DNA of 64,000 nucleotides, from assembly GCA_964611895.1 (NCBI GenBank), contig CAZTDN010000019.1:577-64576 (forward strand), read 5' to 3'. Origin of the DNA: an uncultured Pseudobdellovibrionaceae bacterium (GTDB taxonomy: Bacteria; Bdellovibrionota; FAC87; UBA2466). Positions 9,611 to 19,448 of this stretch are shown here, piece by piece; position 1 is the stretch's first letter; every line of letters begins with the position of its first letter. The position numbers were made by a program, and so were the translations under genes. A model generated the notes under the pieces. That model made no database searches and was not told the DNA's origin. It was given only the letters and a program-made list of their open reading frames with translations.

Positions 9611-11713
9611 ATGCAAAAGATTCGGCAACTGCCGACGCTACCTTCTTTGCTCGCCCAACCAGGCATGCCCTTGATTCATAGGGATATTAGCTGGCTGCAT
9701 TTCAACGAACGGGTTTTGGACGAAGCTCGCCCATCGAGTGGCAATCCCTTGATTGAACGCGCGAAGTTTCTTGCGATCAGTAGCAGCAATTTAGACGAGT
9801 TTTTTATGATCCGTGTGGCTTCCATGAGCCGCAAACTTCGATCTCAAAACCGGATTTCTAAATGGAGGTCTGCCCATTCTCCACATCTGATAGGAGTGTG
9901 GAATTCGGTTTTGGAAACCGTGGCTAAATTTGGAGTAAAACAAACCGAAGTCTTAGAAATGCTGGTCCCAGAACTCAGGGCCCATGGCATCCATCTAGTG
10001 ACCAGCTCCTTGGACAATGAACTCACCGCAAACCTCGGTCGCGAAGTTTTTGAAACAGAGGTTCTGCCAAAACTAGCTCCGCCGGAGACTTTTGAACTCT
10101 CCAAGCTTTTAACGTTGCCTAACCTGAAGACGGCCGTGATTTTTCCGGACAAGCTGTGGTTTGCGGTGCCCCCGGGTCTGCCCTTCTTGCTCTCCGCTGT
10201 GCGCGGAAATGATAGGTATTATTTTTTCTTAGATGACTTGCTGGAAAGCTTCATGGGGCCCACCTTCGGTTTGCAAGGCAGGGTGGGCCTGGTGCGATTG
10301 ACTCGCGATGCGGACATTTCCGTGGATATCGCCGAAGAAGATCCTGAGTCTTTGCCCGACGTGGTTTTATCCCGACTCCTGTCTCGCGAAAAAGGCGTGC
10401 CGATGCGTCTGCAGTACCGCGGGCATCTCACTGACGATTTGCTTACACAGATGGCGGACGTGCTTAAGCTGCGTCCTCAGCAGGTATTGCCTGCAGCCGG
10501 AAGCTTGGTGCTGCAATCCCTTTGGGCGCTAGTAAAAGAAATGTCCCTGGATCGTGCGTCCGATCCCCAGCTTGTTTACGCTCCCTTGCATGCCCCACTC
10601 CCCGCATTTTTTGGCGATCGCTCCAAGATCTTTGAAAAGCTGAAGTCCCAGGATTACCTGCTTCATCACCCCTACGATCCTTTCGATGCATTTGTGGAGT
10701 TTACGCGCGCTGCAGCAGAGGACCCTCAAGTCGAGATGTTGGAACAGACGATCTATCGGATGGATGATGCCTCTCCCATCGTTGGCGTACTAAAAGAAGC
10801 CGCGTCCCGTGGAAAGAAAGTCCGAGTCATCATTGAGCTGCGTGCGCGATTTGACGAATATAATAATCTGCGCCTGGCGGATGAGTTGCGCAAGGGAGGG
10901 GTTGAAGTCGCCTACGGCTTTGGTGCCCTCAAGCTTCATGCGAAGGTAACCTTGGTCACCCGCAACGAAGGCGGGATTTCTCGACGTTATACCCACCTAT
11001 CCACGGGAAATTACAATGCCACGACAGCACGTCAGTATACCGATCTGGCGGTGCTGACCTCGAACGAGGAAATTGGAAACGATGCGCGCAAATTCCTCGA
11101 TGCTGCATGGGCAGGCAAACTCCCCAGCGCTTTCAAACGTCTGTTATCCGCGCCCACGGGGTTGCACCGCAAGCTTGTCAATTTGATCGAAGGCGAAATT
11201 CAGGCAGCCAAAAATGGCCTCAAGACCCGTATCGTCGCAAAAGTGAATGCTTTGGTGGACGAGAGTGTGATTCAAGCTCTGTATACTGCTTCACAAGCGG
11301 GGGTAAAAATCGATCTAATCGTCCGTGGTGCTTGTTCATTAATACCGGGTGTGCCCGGTCTTAGTGAGAATATTCAGGTCGTCAGTGTGGTAGATCGGTT
11401 CCTGGAACACAGTCGATTGTATTATTTCGAGAGCGCGGGAGTGTTGTATTTGTCGAGTGCTGATTGCATGCCGAGAAATTTTTTTTCGAGGCTGGAGTTA
11501 GCATTCCCAATCTTAGATCCAAAAATTTACCGCTATATTGAGCAAGTGGTGATTCCTGCCTATTTGAGAGACAACTCTAAGGCGCGGGAATTGACGCCTC
11601 AAGGTACTTGGAAAAAGCGCGTACGTCGATCCTCTGCGGAAAAAGCGCGTTCTCAAATGGTTTTTGAGAAGCTGGCGCGGGAGGCCTATCAAGGGACTAC
11701 TCTCGAAAGATGA
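9611..11713 (+). CDS. ppk1: Polyphosphate kinase 1
   Basis: RDISWLHFNERVL, SSNLDEFFMIRVA, LLHHPY, LKLHAK, STGNYN, RFLEHSR. Confidence 0.97.
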   Translation: MQKIRQLPTLPSLLAQPGMPLIHRDISWLHFNERVLDEARPSSGNPLIERAKFLAISSSNLDEFFMIRVASMSRKLRSQNRISKWRSAHSPHLIGVWNSVLETVAKFGVKQTEVLEMLVPELRAHGIHLVTSSLDNELTANLGREVFETEVLPKLAPPETFELSKLLTLPNLKTAVIFPDKLWFAVPPGLPFLLSAVRGNDRYYFFLDDLLESFMGPTFGLQGRVGLVRLTRDADISVDIAEEDPESLPDVVLSRLLSREKGVPMRLQYRGHLTDDLLTQMADVLKLRPQQVLPAAGSLVLQSLWALVKEMSLDRASDPQLVYAPLHAPLPAFFGDRSKIFEKLKSQDYLLHHPYDPFDAFVEFTRAAAEDPQVEMLEQTIYRMDDASPIVGVLKEAASRGKKVRVIIELRARFDEYNNLRLADELRKGGVEVAYGFGALKLHAKVTLVTRNEGGISRRYTHLSTGNYNATTARQYTDLAVLTSNEEIGNDARKFLDAAWAGKLPSAFKRLLSAPTGLHRKLVNLIEGEIQAAKNGLKTRIVAKVNALVDESVIQALYTASQAGVKIDLIVRGACSLIPGVPGLSENIQVVSVVDRFLEHSRLYYFESAGVLYLSSADCMPRNFFSRLELAFPILDPKIYRYIEQVVIPAYLRDNSKARELTPQGTWKKRVRRSSAEKARSQMVFEKLAREAYQGTTLER

Positions 11714-12189
11714 AAGATCGTATTTTGATTTTAGTTCGACACGCACACCGAGATACCGACAAGGGCCGGGATCGAGACAATGGTCTAAGCGATCGCGGCA
11801 AGGTGCAGGCAAAGTCGGTTGCTCGGTTTTTTTTGGAACGCTTTGATGTTGCAACGCCTGTTCTATTGTCTAGCCCCAAAATTCGCTGTATCGAGACTTT
11901 GCTTCCCCTTAGCGACAAACTTGGAGTCGAGGTACAGGTGGTCGACCTGCTTAAAGAGCAAGCGGGCACTCAGAAAGAGTTTGATCGGCAAATTGAGAAA
12001 TTTTTCCGGTGGTGGAAACAGCGCGCCCCAGAAACAGTGGTGGTATGTTCGCATGGCGATTGGATTCCGCGTTTTGCTAAAAAAGTGTTTGGGTTGGAGA
12101 TAGAATTAAAAAAAGGCGGATGGATGGAGGTAGAAAGCTCTGGCGGGGCGATCCGTCTCCGTTGGCTATTGCAAAAACTACCGCGTTAA
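11710..12189 (+). CDS. sixA: SixA-like histidine phosphatase
   Basis: LVRHA, SSPKIRCIET, VVCSH. Confidence 0.75.
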   Translation: MKDRILILVRHAHRDTDKGRDRDNGLSDRGKVQAKSVARFFLERFDVATPVLLSSPKIRCIETLLPLSDKLGVEVQVVDLLKEQAGTQKEFDRQIEKFFRWWKQRAPETVVVCSHGDWIPRFAKKVFGLEIELKKGGWMEVESSGGAIRLRWLLQKLPR

Positions 12190-13698
12190 AGTGATCAGGT
12201 TGCGCCGGAACACTTTCTCAAAAAGCGCCTTTTTTTGTTGAATCTTGAGTAGGGCAAGCTCAGTGGAGTCTCCACGACTCAGCCAAAACCGAACGGTTTT
12301 CGAGCGGATTTCTACACGCTCAGGCTCAACGCGCTTGGGTTTTGCATAGTCGAAACAATCAATCAACCTCAATAGTGCTAGAAGCTTCACAAACGCGGCG
12401 CCCTTGCTCTTGTTCTCCCCACTTTGGAATGGCAGCTTTCCAGTGCCGGACTTTCCATTCGTATGCCAAAAGCAAAGTTCTGCGACAAAATCGGTTTCCC
12501 AAGCCTCCGCTAGCGGAAGTTCCGCGTGTTGAACGATATAGGCGGAATGGGCTTCATATCCAGAGGGAGATACACTTCTCCCGGAGTTTCGAAACATGAC
12601 TGCCAAAGCAAGGTAGGCAAACCACTTGTCATCGAGTTTGTGCAGCGGGCGAAGTTTTCTAAATAGCCGTAGAGAAGCGCCGACGAGCCACCTCAAACGC
12701 GCTGGCTCTTCGCCAAACCGGACCGACTTTTCGAGAAAAGGTTCCAGGTCCCATCGGTCATTTTTCGGAGCGGGTTTGATCATTCTCAGCTGTTGATCCA
12801 AAATCCCATCTCTCAGGGAATATTCCGTTGAAGTGGCCGACTCCGCGCCTAAAGCACGCAAGGTTTCCGCTAAGACTACTGTCCCAGCTAGCATGAGATC
12901 CGCGCGACGGGGATCCATGCCCGGGAGGGACTGAATCTGTTTTATCGTCAATGGGGTCATGGTTCGAATGAGCTTTTCGAGCCATTTGGGAGTAATGTCC
13001 TTGCCCGTGTTTCGATTGCACATGCGATCGAGGGCCCGCGCGGTTCCGCTGGATGCGATGACCGATTTTGTTTTTGGCCAGTCGTTGTTCTTGATCGCTG
13101 TTTTGAGCAGGGTGCGGACATGGCCGCGTAGGTGTTTGACGGCTTCTTTGCCGTCTTCAGGGGGGATGGTTCGTAAAAAGATTTGTTGTAGCCTCGCGAC
13201 CCCAAGGGGGAAACTTTCGCTCACCACGAGCTTGTTGCCGCGGCAAACACTCACTTCGGTGCTGCCTCCCCCGATATCCACTAGTCCAAAAAAACCTTTG
13301 GGAGGTTTTTCGCGGTTTAAAATAGCGTCTGCAATCAAGGTGGCTTCTTCGCGGCCCGAAATGATGTGAACATCCATTCGCAGTGTTTTGCGTATTTTGA
13401 CAATGAGATCTTCAGCGTCGCTTGCATCTCGCAGCGCGCTGGTGGCGAAAGCGATGATTTTTTCTGTTTTTAGTTCTTCGGCGCGCTTTTTGAACGTGGA
13501 CAGGGCTTGCAGGGTGCGTCGGGAGGCCTTGGGGTCTAATTTGCCCGAGATAAAGACATTTTCACCCAACCTAACCATGAGCTTTTCTCGATGCAAGAGG
13601 CGGGTCTTATCTCGAGCGAGGGTTTCATGGACATCAAACCGGACTGAGTTCGTCCCTAAATCAATAATCGCAAAGCGTTTTTTCTTCCATTTTGCCAA
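12178..13698 (-). CDS. ppx: Exopolyphosphatase / pppGpp phosphatase (Ppx/GppA)
   Basis: IIDLGTNS, ATSALRDA, DIGGGSTE, SLRDG. Confidence 0.93.
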   Translation of the reverse strand: MAKWKKKRFAIIDLGTNSVRFDVHETLARDKTRLLHREKLMVRLGENVFISGKLDPKASRRTLQALSTFKKRAEELKTEKIIAFATSALRDASDAEDLIVKIRKTLRMDVHIISGREEATLIADAILNREKPPKGFFGLVDIGGGSTEVSVCRGNKLVVSESFPLGVARLQQIFLRTIPPEDGKEAVKHLRGHVRTLLKTAIKNNDWPKTKSVIASSGTARALDRMCNRNTGKDITPKWLEKLIRTMTPLTIKQIQSLPGMDPRRADLMLAGTVVLAETLRALGAESATSTEYSLRDGILDQQLRMIKPAPKNDRWDLEPFLEKSVRFGEEPARLRWLVGASLRLFRKLRPLHKLDDKWFAYLALAVMFRNSGRSVSPSGYEAHSAYIVQHAELPLAEAWETDFVAELCFWHTNGKSGTGKLPFQSGENKSKGAAFVKLLALLRLIDCFDYAKPKRVEPERVEIRSKTVRFWLSRGDSTELALLKIQQKKALFEKVFRRNLITLTR

Positions 13699-13807
13699 GC
13701 GGCCCCACCCACCCGTTGTAATCTATTTTTAGTTCAAATTAAAATAAAACAAAAAAAGTTTGCGCTCACGCCAGTCCGGTCTGGTAAAAGGAGAGTACGA
13801 CTAATTT

Positions 13808-14710
13808 GTGCGTCCGTTTTGTGTGCCTGTTGTGTGTAAGAGGGACTTCAGATTGAGAAAAGGCCGGCCCAGTCTTAAAAGAGTGATTTCGCAGTACCTG
13901 TCGTATGCCGCTGTGCACAAGTTTCTCAGGTCCTTTCAACCTAAAATCCGTATCCATTTTGAGAAGGGCGGCTTTACGGTAAAAACCGTTGAAGGTTGGA
14001 CAGAGCTTGAACAGGTGCTTCGTCTTCGCCACGAAGTGTTCCACGAAGAGTTTATTGGTCAGCGCCTACCGCTTGGTTTGGATTTTGATCGTTATGATGC
14101 TCAAGGAGATCACCTTGTCATCATCGATCGCGAAGCTGGCAAAATCGTTGGAACCTACCGTTTGATCTGCTCTCGATTTGCTCAGGATTTCTATTCAGCC
14201 TCTGAGTTCCACTTAGACGCATTTTTGCAGCAGGATGGGGTGAAACTGGAATTAAGCCGCGCGTGTATCCACAAAGATTACCGCGATGGGGTTGTGATTT
14301 CGCTGCTCTGGCGCGGATTGGTTCAGTACATCCAACAAAGCCAGGCGGCCTTTTTGTTTGGATGTGCCAGTATTCGAAGTATGGATGTCGCGGAAGTTCA
14401 AACTCTGTATGGCTATCTGGGCGCAAAAGACTTTCTTTCCAACAATTTTGGAATTGGACCCGTTCCAGCGTATCAAATGCCGGGTTGGAGTTCTCCAACT
14501 CCCTCTTCGGTAGGGGATGAGGCAGGCAAACATCTGGTGCCGCCCTTGTTGAATTCCTATCTGCGAGCGGGGGCCAAGGTATACGGAGCGCCCGCACTCG
14601 ACACCGCTTTTCGGTGCGTGGATCTCTTTACCGTGCTGAAAATGGACAAGATAACACCTTTGTTCGAACGGCGTTATCAGACGGGTGAACCCACAAACCC
14701 GCAGTCGTAA
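13808..14710 (+). CDS. GNAT N-acyltransferase, OlsB (ornithine lipid) type; true start probably downstream
   Basis: RLRHEVF, DFDRYDAQGDH, VGTYRL, ELSRACIHKDYR, PPLLNSYLRAGAKVYGAPALD. Confidence 0.85.
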   Translation: MRPFCVPVVCKRDFRLRKGRPSLKRVISQYLSYAAVHKFLRSFQPKIRIHFEKGGFTVKTVEGWTELEQVLRLRHEVFHEEFIGQRLPLGLDFDRYDAQGDHLVIIDREAGKIVGTYRLICSRFAQDFYSASEFHLDAFLQQDGVKLELSRACIHKDYRDGVVISLLWRGLVQYIQQSQAAFLFGCASIRSMDVAEVQTLYGYLGAKDFLSNNFGIGPVPAYQMPGWSSPTPSSVGDEAGKHLVPPLLNSYLRAGAKVYGAPALDTAFRCVDLFTVLKMDKITPLFERRYQTGEPTNPQS

Positions 14711-14814
14711 TTAAGGAATTATCTTCACAGTTTTTTTCCCTGGCTTGAGTTCGTTAAGCGAATAACGCCACGCACCGATATGTAAATGGTACCGTTGCCA
14801 TAGGAGAGAACCGC

Positions 14815-15849
14815 TTGAAACCAGCCATGATGAGTCGTCTGCCCGAGCTCATTGAGCTGGAGCGCCTTCTCGATGAAATAGGCAACCGATCACGCGTAAA
14901 GGTATTAGGTCAGATTCATCACCAGGAACTTTCTTTTCCGCTCTATTCGGTCGCCATCGGGTCGAGCGATCCGGCCGCACCGACATTGGGCCTGTTTGGT
15001 GGAGTGCATGGACTAGAGCGGATCGGTACTCAAGTCCTTTTGTCGTATCTGCGCACGGTTTCCGAGTTAATGCGTTGGGACCATGCGATCGCCGCATTGC
15101 TAGAAAGATCCAAGCTCGTTTTTTTCCCCTTGGTAAATCCTGGCGGGATGTATTTGCTCTCGCGCGCCAATCCCAATGGGGTGGATCTCATGCGAAATGC
15201 GCCAGTCCACGCGGATAAAATGCCCGCCATGGCATTGTTCGGTGGGCATCGCATTTCTCCCAAGCTCCCTTGGTATCGAGGGCCCGCTGGAGCCCCCATG
15301 GAAGCCGAGGCCGTTGCAATCTGTGAACTTGTGCGGCAGGAGCTATTTCCCTCAAAAGTGTCCATAGCACTTGATGTGCACTCCGGTTTTGGAACCCGGG
15401 ATCGAGTGTGGTTTCCGTATGCTCGCACTCGAAAGCCATTTCCACATGTCACCGAGGTATTTTCGCTCAAGCAGATGTTGGACCGGACCTACCCTAATCA
15501 TGTCTACATAGTGGAACCTCAGTCTAAGCAGTACATGACTCACGGAGATATTTGGGACTATCTCTACGATGAGCAGCGTAAAAACGAAAATAATGGTTTC
15601 TTTCTCCCGCTGACCTTGGAAATGGGTTCGTGGGTTTGGGCTAAAAAGGACCTGCGGCAGATTTTTTCGGTGCTGGGAGCATTCAATCCTATGAAGCCAC
15701 ACCGGTTGCAACGCACGCTCCGAAGGCATTTGTTGTTTTTGGATTTTTTGCACCGCGCGGTTTTGTCGCCTCAAGAATGGGTTTCCCAGGCAAAAGAAAA
15801 AAAAGATCCTCTTCGTCGACGCGCGCTAGAGCTTTGGTATACACCGTAG
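14815..15849 (+). CDS. M14 family zinc carboxypeptidase-like protein
   Basis: GGVHGLE, VNPGG, RANPNGVDLMRN, DVHSG, LTLEMG. Confidence 0.88.
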   Translation: MKPAMMSRLPELIELERLLDEIGNRSRVKVLGQIHHQELSFPLYSVAIGSSDPAAPTLGLFGGVHGLERIGTQVLLSYLRTVSELMRWDHAIAALLERSKLVFFPLVNPGGMYLLSRANPNGVDLMRNAPVHADKMPAMALFGGHRISPKLPWYRGPAGAPMEAEAVAICELVRQELFPSKVSIALDVHSGFGTRDRVWFPYARTRKPFPHVTEVFSLKQMLDRTYPNHVYIVEPQSKQYMTHGDIWDYLYDEQRKNENNGFFLPLTLEMGSWVWAKKDLRQIFSVLGAFNPMKPHRLQRTLRRHLLFLDFLHRAVLSPQEWVSQAKEKKDPLRRRALELWYTP

Positions 15850-15855
15850 TGAACC

Positions 15856-16647
15856 ATGAAAAACCAGTCCACAAATTGGGTGTTTCTGCGCGGCCTATCT
15901 CGCGAAGCCGCCCATTGGGCAGAATTTCCCCGACTCTTTGAGGAAAAGTTCCCCGGGGCCAAGGCGATGGCAATAGATTTGCCAGGAAATGGCGAGTTTC
16001 ACGCGCAGAACACGCCCACTTCTTTGATTGGGATTGTGGAGCATGTCCGCGAAACCTGGTCAAAACGCAATCCCACTCCTGGCTCTCCGGTGCATTTGTT
16101 CGGAATGTCGCTGGGGGCCATGGTGAGTTTGCAGTGGATGCAACGTTATCCCGGCGAAATCGCATCAAGCGTCTTGATCAACACCAGCCTGCGGGGGTTC
16201 AGTCCTTTTTATGAAAGGATGTCTCCCAGCGCCTATGGTCTCCTTTTGCGTGTTTTTATCGAGTCAGATACCCGATCCAGGGAAGAGCTGATTTTGCGGT
16301 TGACCAGTCAGAAAAAAGACTGGGACGAGAATGAGCTCCGACAACGGGTAAAGATCCAAGAAAAGCATCCCGTGAGCAAGTGGAACGCAATTCGTCAGAT
16401 TGGAGCGGCGCTTTCTACTGTCGATTCAAACCAGCGCCCACCGCAACCCGTGTTGATTTTAAACAGTTTGGGTGATTTGTTGGTGCATCCCAAATGCTCG
16501 CAGGCCATTGCAAAAGCTTGGAGCGCGCCGATTGAGCGGCATGCCTGGGCGGGGCACGACCTAGTCTTGGACGATCCCCAGTGGACGTTAGAATCGCTGG
16601 CAAAATGGTACGGATATTTAACTAACCAAAACTCAATAGACGAATAA
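15856..16647 (+). CDS. Alpha/beta hydrolase
   Basis: LRGLSRE, DLPGNG, GMSLG nucleophile elbow, AGHD. Confidence 0.9.
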   Translation: MKNQSTNWVFLRGLSREAAHWAEFPRLFEEKFPGAKAMAIDLPGNGEFHAQNTPTSLIGIVEHVRETWSKRNPTPGSPVHLFGMSLGAMVSLQWMQRYPGEIASSVLINTSLRGFSPFYERMSPSAYGLLLRVFIESDTRSREELILRLTSQKKDWDENELRQRVKIQEKHPVSKWNAIRQIGAALSTVDSNQRPPQPVLILNSLGDLLVHPKCSQAIAKAWSAPIERHAWAGHDLVLDDPQWTLESLAKWYGYLTNQNSIDE

Positions 16648-16671
16648 ACTCCAATCGCCCAAAATGGGCGC

Positions 16672-18291
16672 ATGGATTTCACCACGCGTCGGCAGTTCTT
16701 GGTCTATCTGGGGATGGGCACCTATTCTTTATTGCGTTCCAGTTCTGGAATGGCTTCGGCGGCATTCCCCTTGGCGCGATCGAAGGCGAGTAATGGTCGA
16801 TTTAAGCCCATTCCCTCTAGCGTAAGTGATGAATTGATTTTGGCTCCCGGGTTTCGTTTCGATCGCATTGCGTCGTACGGGGACTCCCTGGGAAGCTTCG
16901 GGCCCTTTGGGGCTGAGCATTTTGGTTATGACAACGATTTTACTGCGTACTTTCCGATCGACGCACTAAGCGGTGGAAAAAAATCCGACCATGGTTTGCT
17001 CTGGGTCAATCATGAGTTTGTTTCGCCCTTTTTCCTGCATGGGGTTGCGGGGAATGCAGCGCGATCAGTGGATCGAATTCGCCAAGAGCAGCTCGCAGTG
17101 GGAGGGTCTGTGCTCGAGGTAAAAAGGAAGAACGGGAAATGGTCTTCGGTTGTTGGGTCGAGCTTTGCGCGTCGGTTTACGGCGCTTTACCCGCGATTTC
17201 AGGTCACAGGGCCTGCCACCGGGAGATTGGGCGAGCTTTCTGGAACTCTTGCAAACTGTTCTGGGGGGCGGACATTTTGGAATACCGCGCTTTCTGGCGA
17301 AGAAAACTTTCAACTCTTCAACCCTGCTCAGTCCGATAGCCTTAACTGGGCGCAGCATTCCCAGACAAAGATCCAAGAAGAGCACTTTGGGTGGATTGTC
17401 GAAATCGATCCTTTTGGGGAGTTGCCGCCCAAAAAACACACTTCATTGGGAAGGTTCTGTCATGAAAATGCCTCCCTTCGTTTGGGTGAATCGGGGCGGC
17501 TCGCTGTTTATATGGGGGACGATTCGGCGGATCAGTATTTTTATAAATACCTAAGCCGAGAAAAGTATCTGCCTAGCGCCAGTCGAGCCGTTTCCAGTGC
17601 TCTATTGGAGAATGGTGTTTTGTACGTCGCTGATTTTCGAAAAGGGCAGTGGGTACCATTGGATTTGCAGGCAAACCCCGCGCTCAAATCGGCGGGTTTC
17701 AAGTCTCAAGCGGAGGTTTTATTACGAACACGCGACGCAGCCAAAGCTGTCGGCGCAACACCTTTAGATCGCCCTGAAGATTGTGAAGTGCACCCCCGCG
17801 ATGGGAGTGTCTATCTTTCATTGACCAATAATGCGGGGCATGGGGATTTCCACGGAAAAATAATCCGCCTGGTGGAAAAGGACGACAACGCGGAGTCGTT
17901 AGAGTTTCGGTACGAAATTTTTTTGGCGGGAGGACCTCAGTCAGGACTAAGCTGTCCTGATAATCTGGTTTTTGATTCCAAAGGCAATCTTTGGGTGACT
18001 TGCGATGTGCCGGGCTACGCCATCGGGAAGGGTGCCTACAGTCAAGTGGGGAACAACGGGATGTTCATGATCCCCACTTCGGGGCGTTCAATGGGGGACG
18101 CTTTCCAGTTCGCTTCGGGTCCGGTGGGGGCAGAGCTGACCGGGCCAGGGTTTAATGAAAGTCAGGACACTCTCTTTCTTTCGGTCCAGCATCCGGGGGA
18201 GGGCAGCACTGACAGAGCCCATCCTACCAGTCATTGGCCGAGGGGAAAGGATCTTCCCTTGCCTTCAGTGGTCGCGATTACGGGGTTCTAA
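16672..18291 (+). CDS. phoX: PhoX family alkaline phosphatase (Tat-exported)
   Basis: TTRRQFL twin-arginine signal, VNHE, NCSGG, LGRFCHE, DRPED, PDN, ELTG, SVQHPGE. Confidence 0.92.
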   Translation: MDFTTRRQFLVYLGMGTYSLLRSSSGMASAAFPLARSKASNGRFKPIPSSVSDELILAPGFRFDRIASYGDSLGSFGPFGAEHFGYDNDFTAYFPIDALSGGKKSDHGLLWVNHEFVSPFFLHGVAGNAARSVDRIRQEQLAVGGSVLEVKRKNGKWSSVVGSSFARRFTALYPRFQVTGPATGRLGELSGTLANCSGGRTFWNTALSGEENFQLFNPAQSDSLNWAQHSQTKIQEEHFGWIVEIDPFGELPPKKHTSLGRFCHENASLRLGESGRLAVYMGDDSADQYFYKYLSREKYLPSASRAVSSALLENGVLYVADFRKGQWVPLDLQANPALKSAGFKSQAEVLLRTRDAAKAVGATPLDRPEDCEVHPRDGSVYLSLTNNAGHGDFHGKIIRLVEKDDNAESLEFRYEIFLAGGPQSGLSCPDNLVFDSKGNLWVTCDVPGYAIGKGAYSQVGNNGMFMIPTSGRSMGDAFQFASGPVGAELTGPGFNESQDTLFLSVQHPGEGSTDRAHPTSHWPRGKDLPLPSVVAITGF

Positions 18292-18307
18292 TCAAAATCT
18301 AACACGA
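18287..18307 (+). promoter_or_regulatory. Putative Pho box upstream of pstS
   Basis: TCTAATCAAAA TCTAACACGA, 11-bp period; shares CTAACACGA with the box at 8754. Confidence 0.6.
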
Positions 18308-18352
18308 CAGGTAGTCCACATTGGGTTAAATCCCAGCACTCGGAGGACCGCT

Positions 18353-19348
18353 ATGCGTATTTTCTTTTGGTTGGGCTTGGTTTCTTTTCCGGCGATGGCG
18401 TCGGCGCTCATTAATGGGGCGGGGGCGAGCTTTCCTTTCCCACTTTACGCAAAATGGTTCTCGGATTACCAAAAACTCCATCCCGACGTGCAGATCAACT
18501 ACCAGTCGATCGGAAGTGGCGGGGGAATTCGCCAGTTCACTCAAAAAACCGTCGATTTTGGAGCAAGTGATGCTCCCATGACAGCCGAACAGATGGCCGA
18601 TGCGAAACAGCCCATCTTGCATATTCCGACGGTATTGGGCGCGGTGGTGCTCACTTATAATCTCCCCGGTTTTACTGGTCCCCTCCATCTTTCGGGCGAA
18701 GTGATTGCTGCCGTATTTCAAGGAAGCATTACCCGATGGAACGATCCCAAAATTCGAAACACCAACCCAAAGGCAAATCTACCGGACATGCCGATTTTGG
18801 TGGTCCACCGGGCAGATGGAAGTGGAACGACCGCAATATTTACGGATTACCTCTCTAAACAAAATGGAATATGGAAGGCAGGCAGTGGCACCGCTGTGAA
18901 ATGGCCCGTTGGGTTAGGTGGCAAAGGGAACGAAGGTGTTGCTGGGCTGGTGAAGCAGACTCCTGGCTCGCTCGGGTATGTGGAGCTGATCTACGCAAAA
19001 AATAATCAGCTCGAGTATGCATCTGTTCGCAACAAAGCCGGGAGTTGGGTGGTGCCGGATTTGGCTTCGGTGAGTGCCGCGGCAAGTGGTGTTGTGGTTC
19101 CTGAGGATTTTCGGGTGTCGATTACCGATCCTGCGGGAAAGAGTGCTTATCCCATCGCTGGGTTTACTTACCTGTTGGTGTGGAAGGACCAGGCTGATGT
19201 CGACAAGGGCAAGAAGCTGGTCGATTTTCTGGGGTGGGCTCTAAAAGACGGGCAAAAGGCAGCTGCATCGCTTCATTATGCTCCACTTCCTCAGGGATTG
19301 GTTGCGAAGATTCAAGCAAAAATTGCTACGATAGCTGTAAAAAAGTAA
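18353..19348 (+). CDS. pstS: Phosphate ABC transporter substrate-binding protein
   Basis: GAGASFP, YQSIGSGGG, DFGASD, RADGSGTT; GGAGG RBS before ATG 18353. Confidence 0.97.
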   Translation: MRIFFWLGLVSFPAMASALINGAGASFPFPLYAKWFSDYQKLHPDVQINYQSIGSGGGIRQFTQKTVDFGASDAPMTAEQMADAKQPILHIPTVLGAVVLTYNLPGFTGPLHLSGEVIAAVFQGSITRWNDPKIRNTNPKANLPDMPILVVHRADGSGTTAIFTDYLSKQNGIWKAGSGTAVKWPVGLGGKGNEGVAGLVKQTPGSLGYVELIYAKNNQLEYASVRNKAGSWVVPDLASVSAAASGVVVPEDFRVSITDPAGKSAYPIAGFTYLLVWKDQADVDKGKKLVDFLGWALKDGQKAAASLHYAPLPQGLVAKIQAKIATIAVKK

Positions 19349-19391
19349 GTTATTCCAATGTCTTAATTGTGCCTAGACGGTGCCTGGGAAC

Positions 19392-19409
19392 CCTAATGCA
19401 TTCCTAACA
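19392..19409 (+). promoter_or_regulatory. Putative Pho box upstream of pstC
   Basis: CCTAATGCATT CCTAACA, 11-bp period. Confidence 0.55.
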
Positions 19410-19448
19410 TTCCGCGGAAGGGAATTTAGGATAAAACCAGTGCGCACT

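Noticed and set aside
11455-11480. Ppk1 SADCM instead of the usual SADWM
   Set aside because: Single substitution with all catalytic His motifs intact; no evidence of altered function.
13715-13765. AT-rich tract between ppx and the GNAT gene
   Set aside because: Ordinary divergent promoter region; no structured RNA or repeat recognised.
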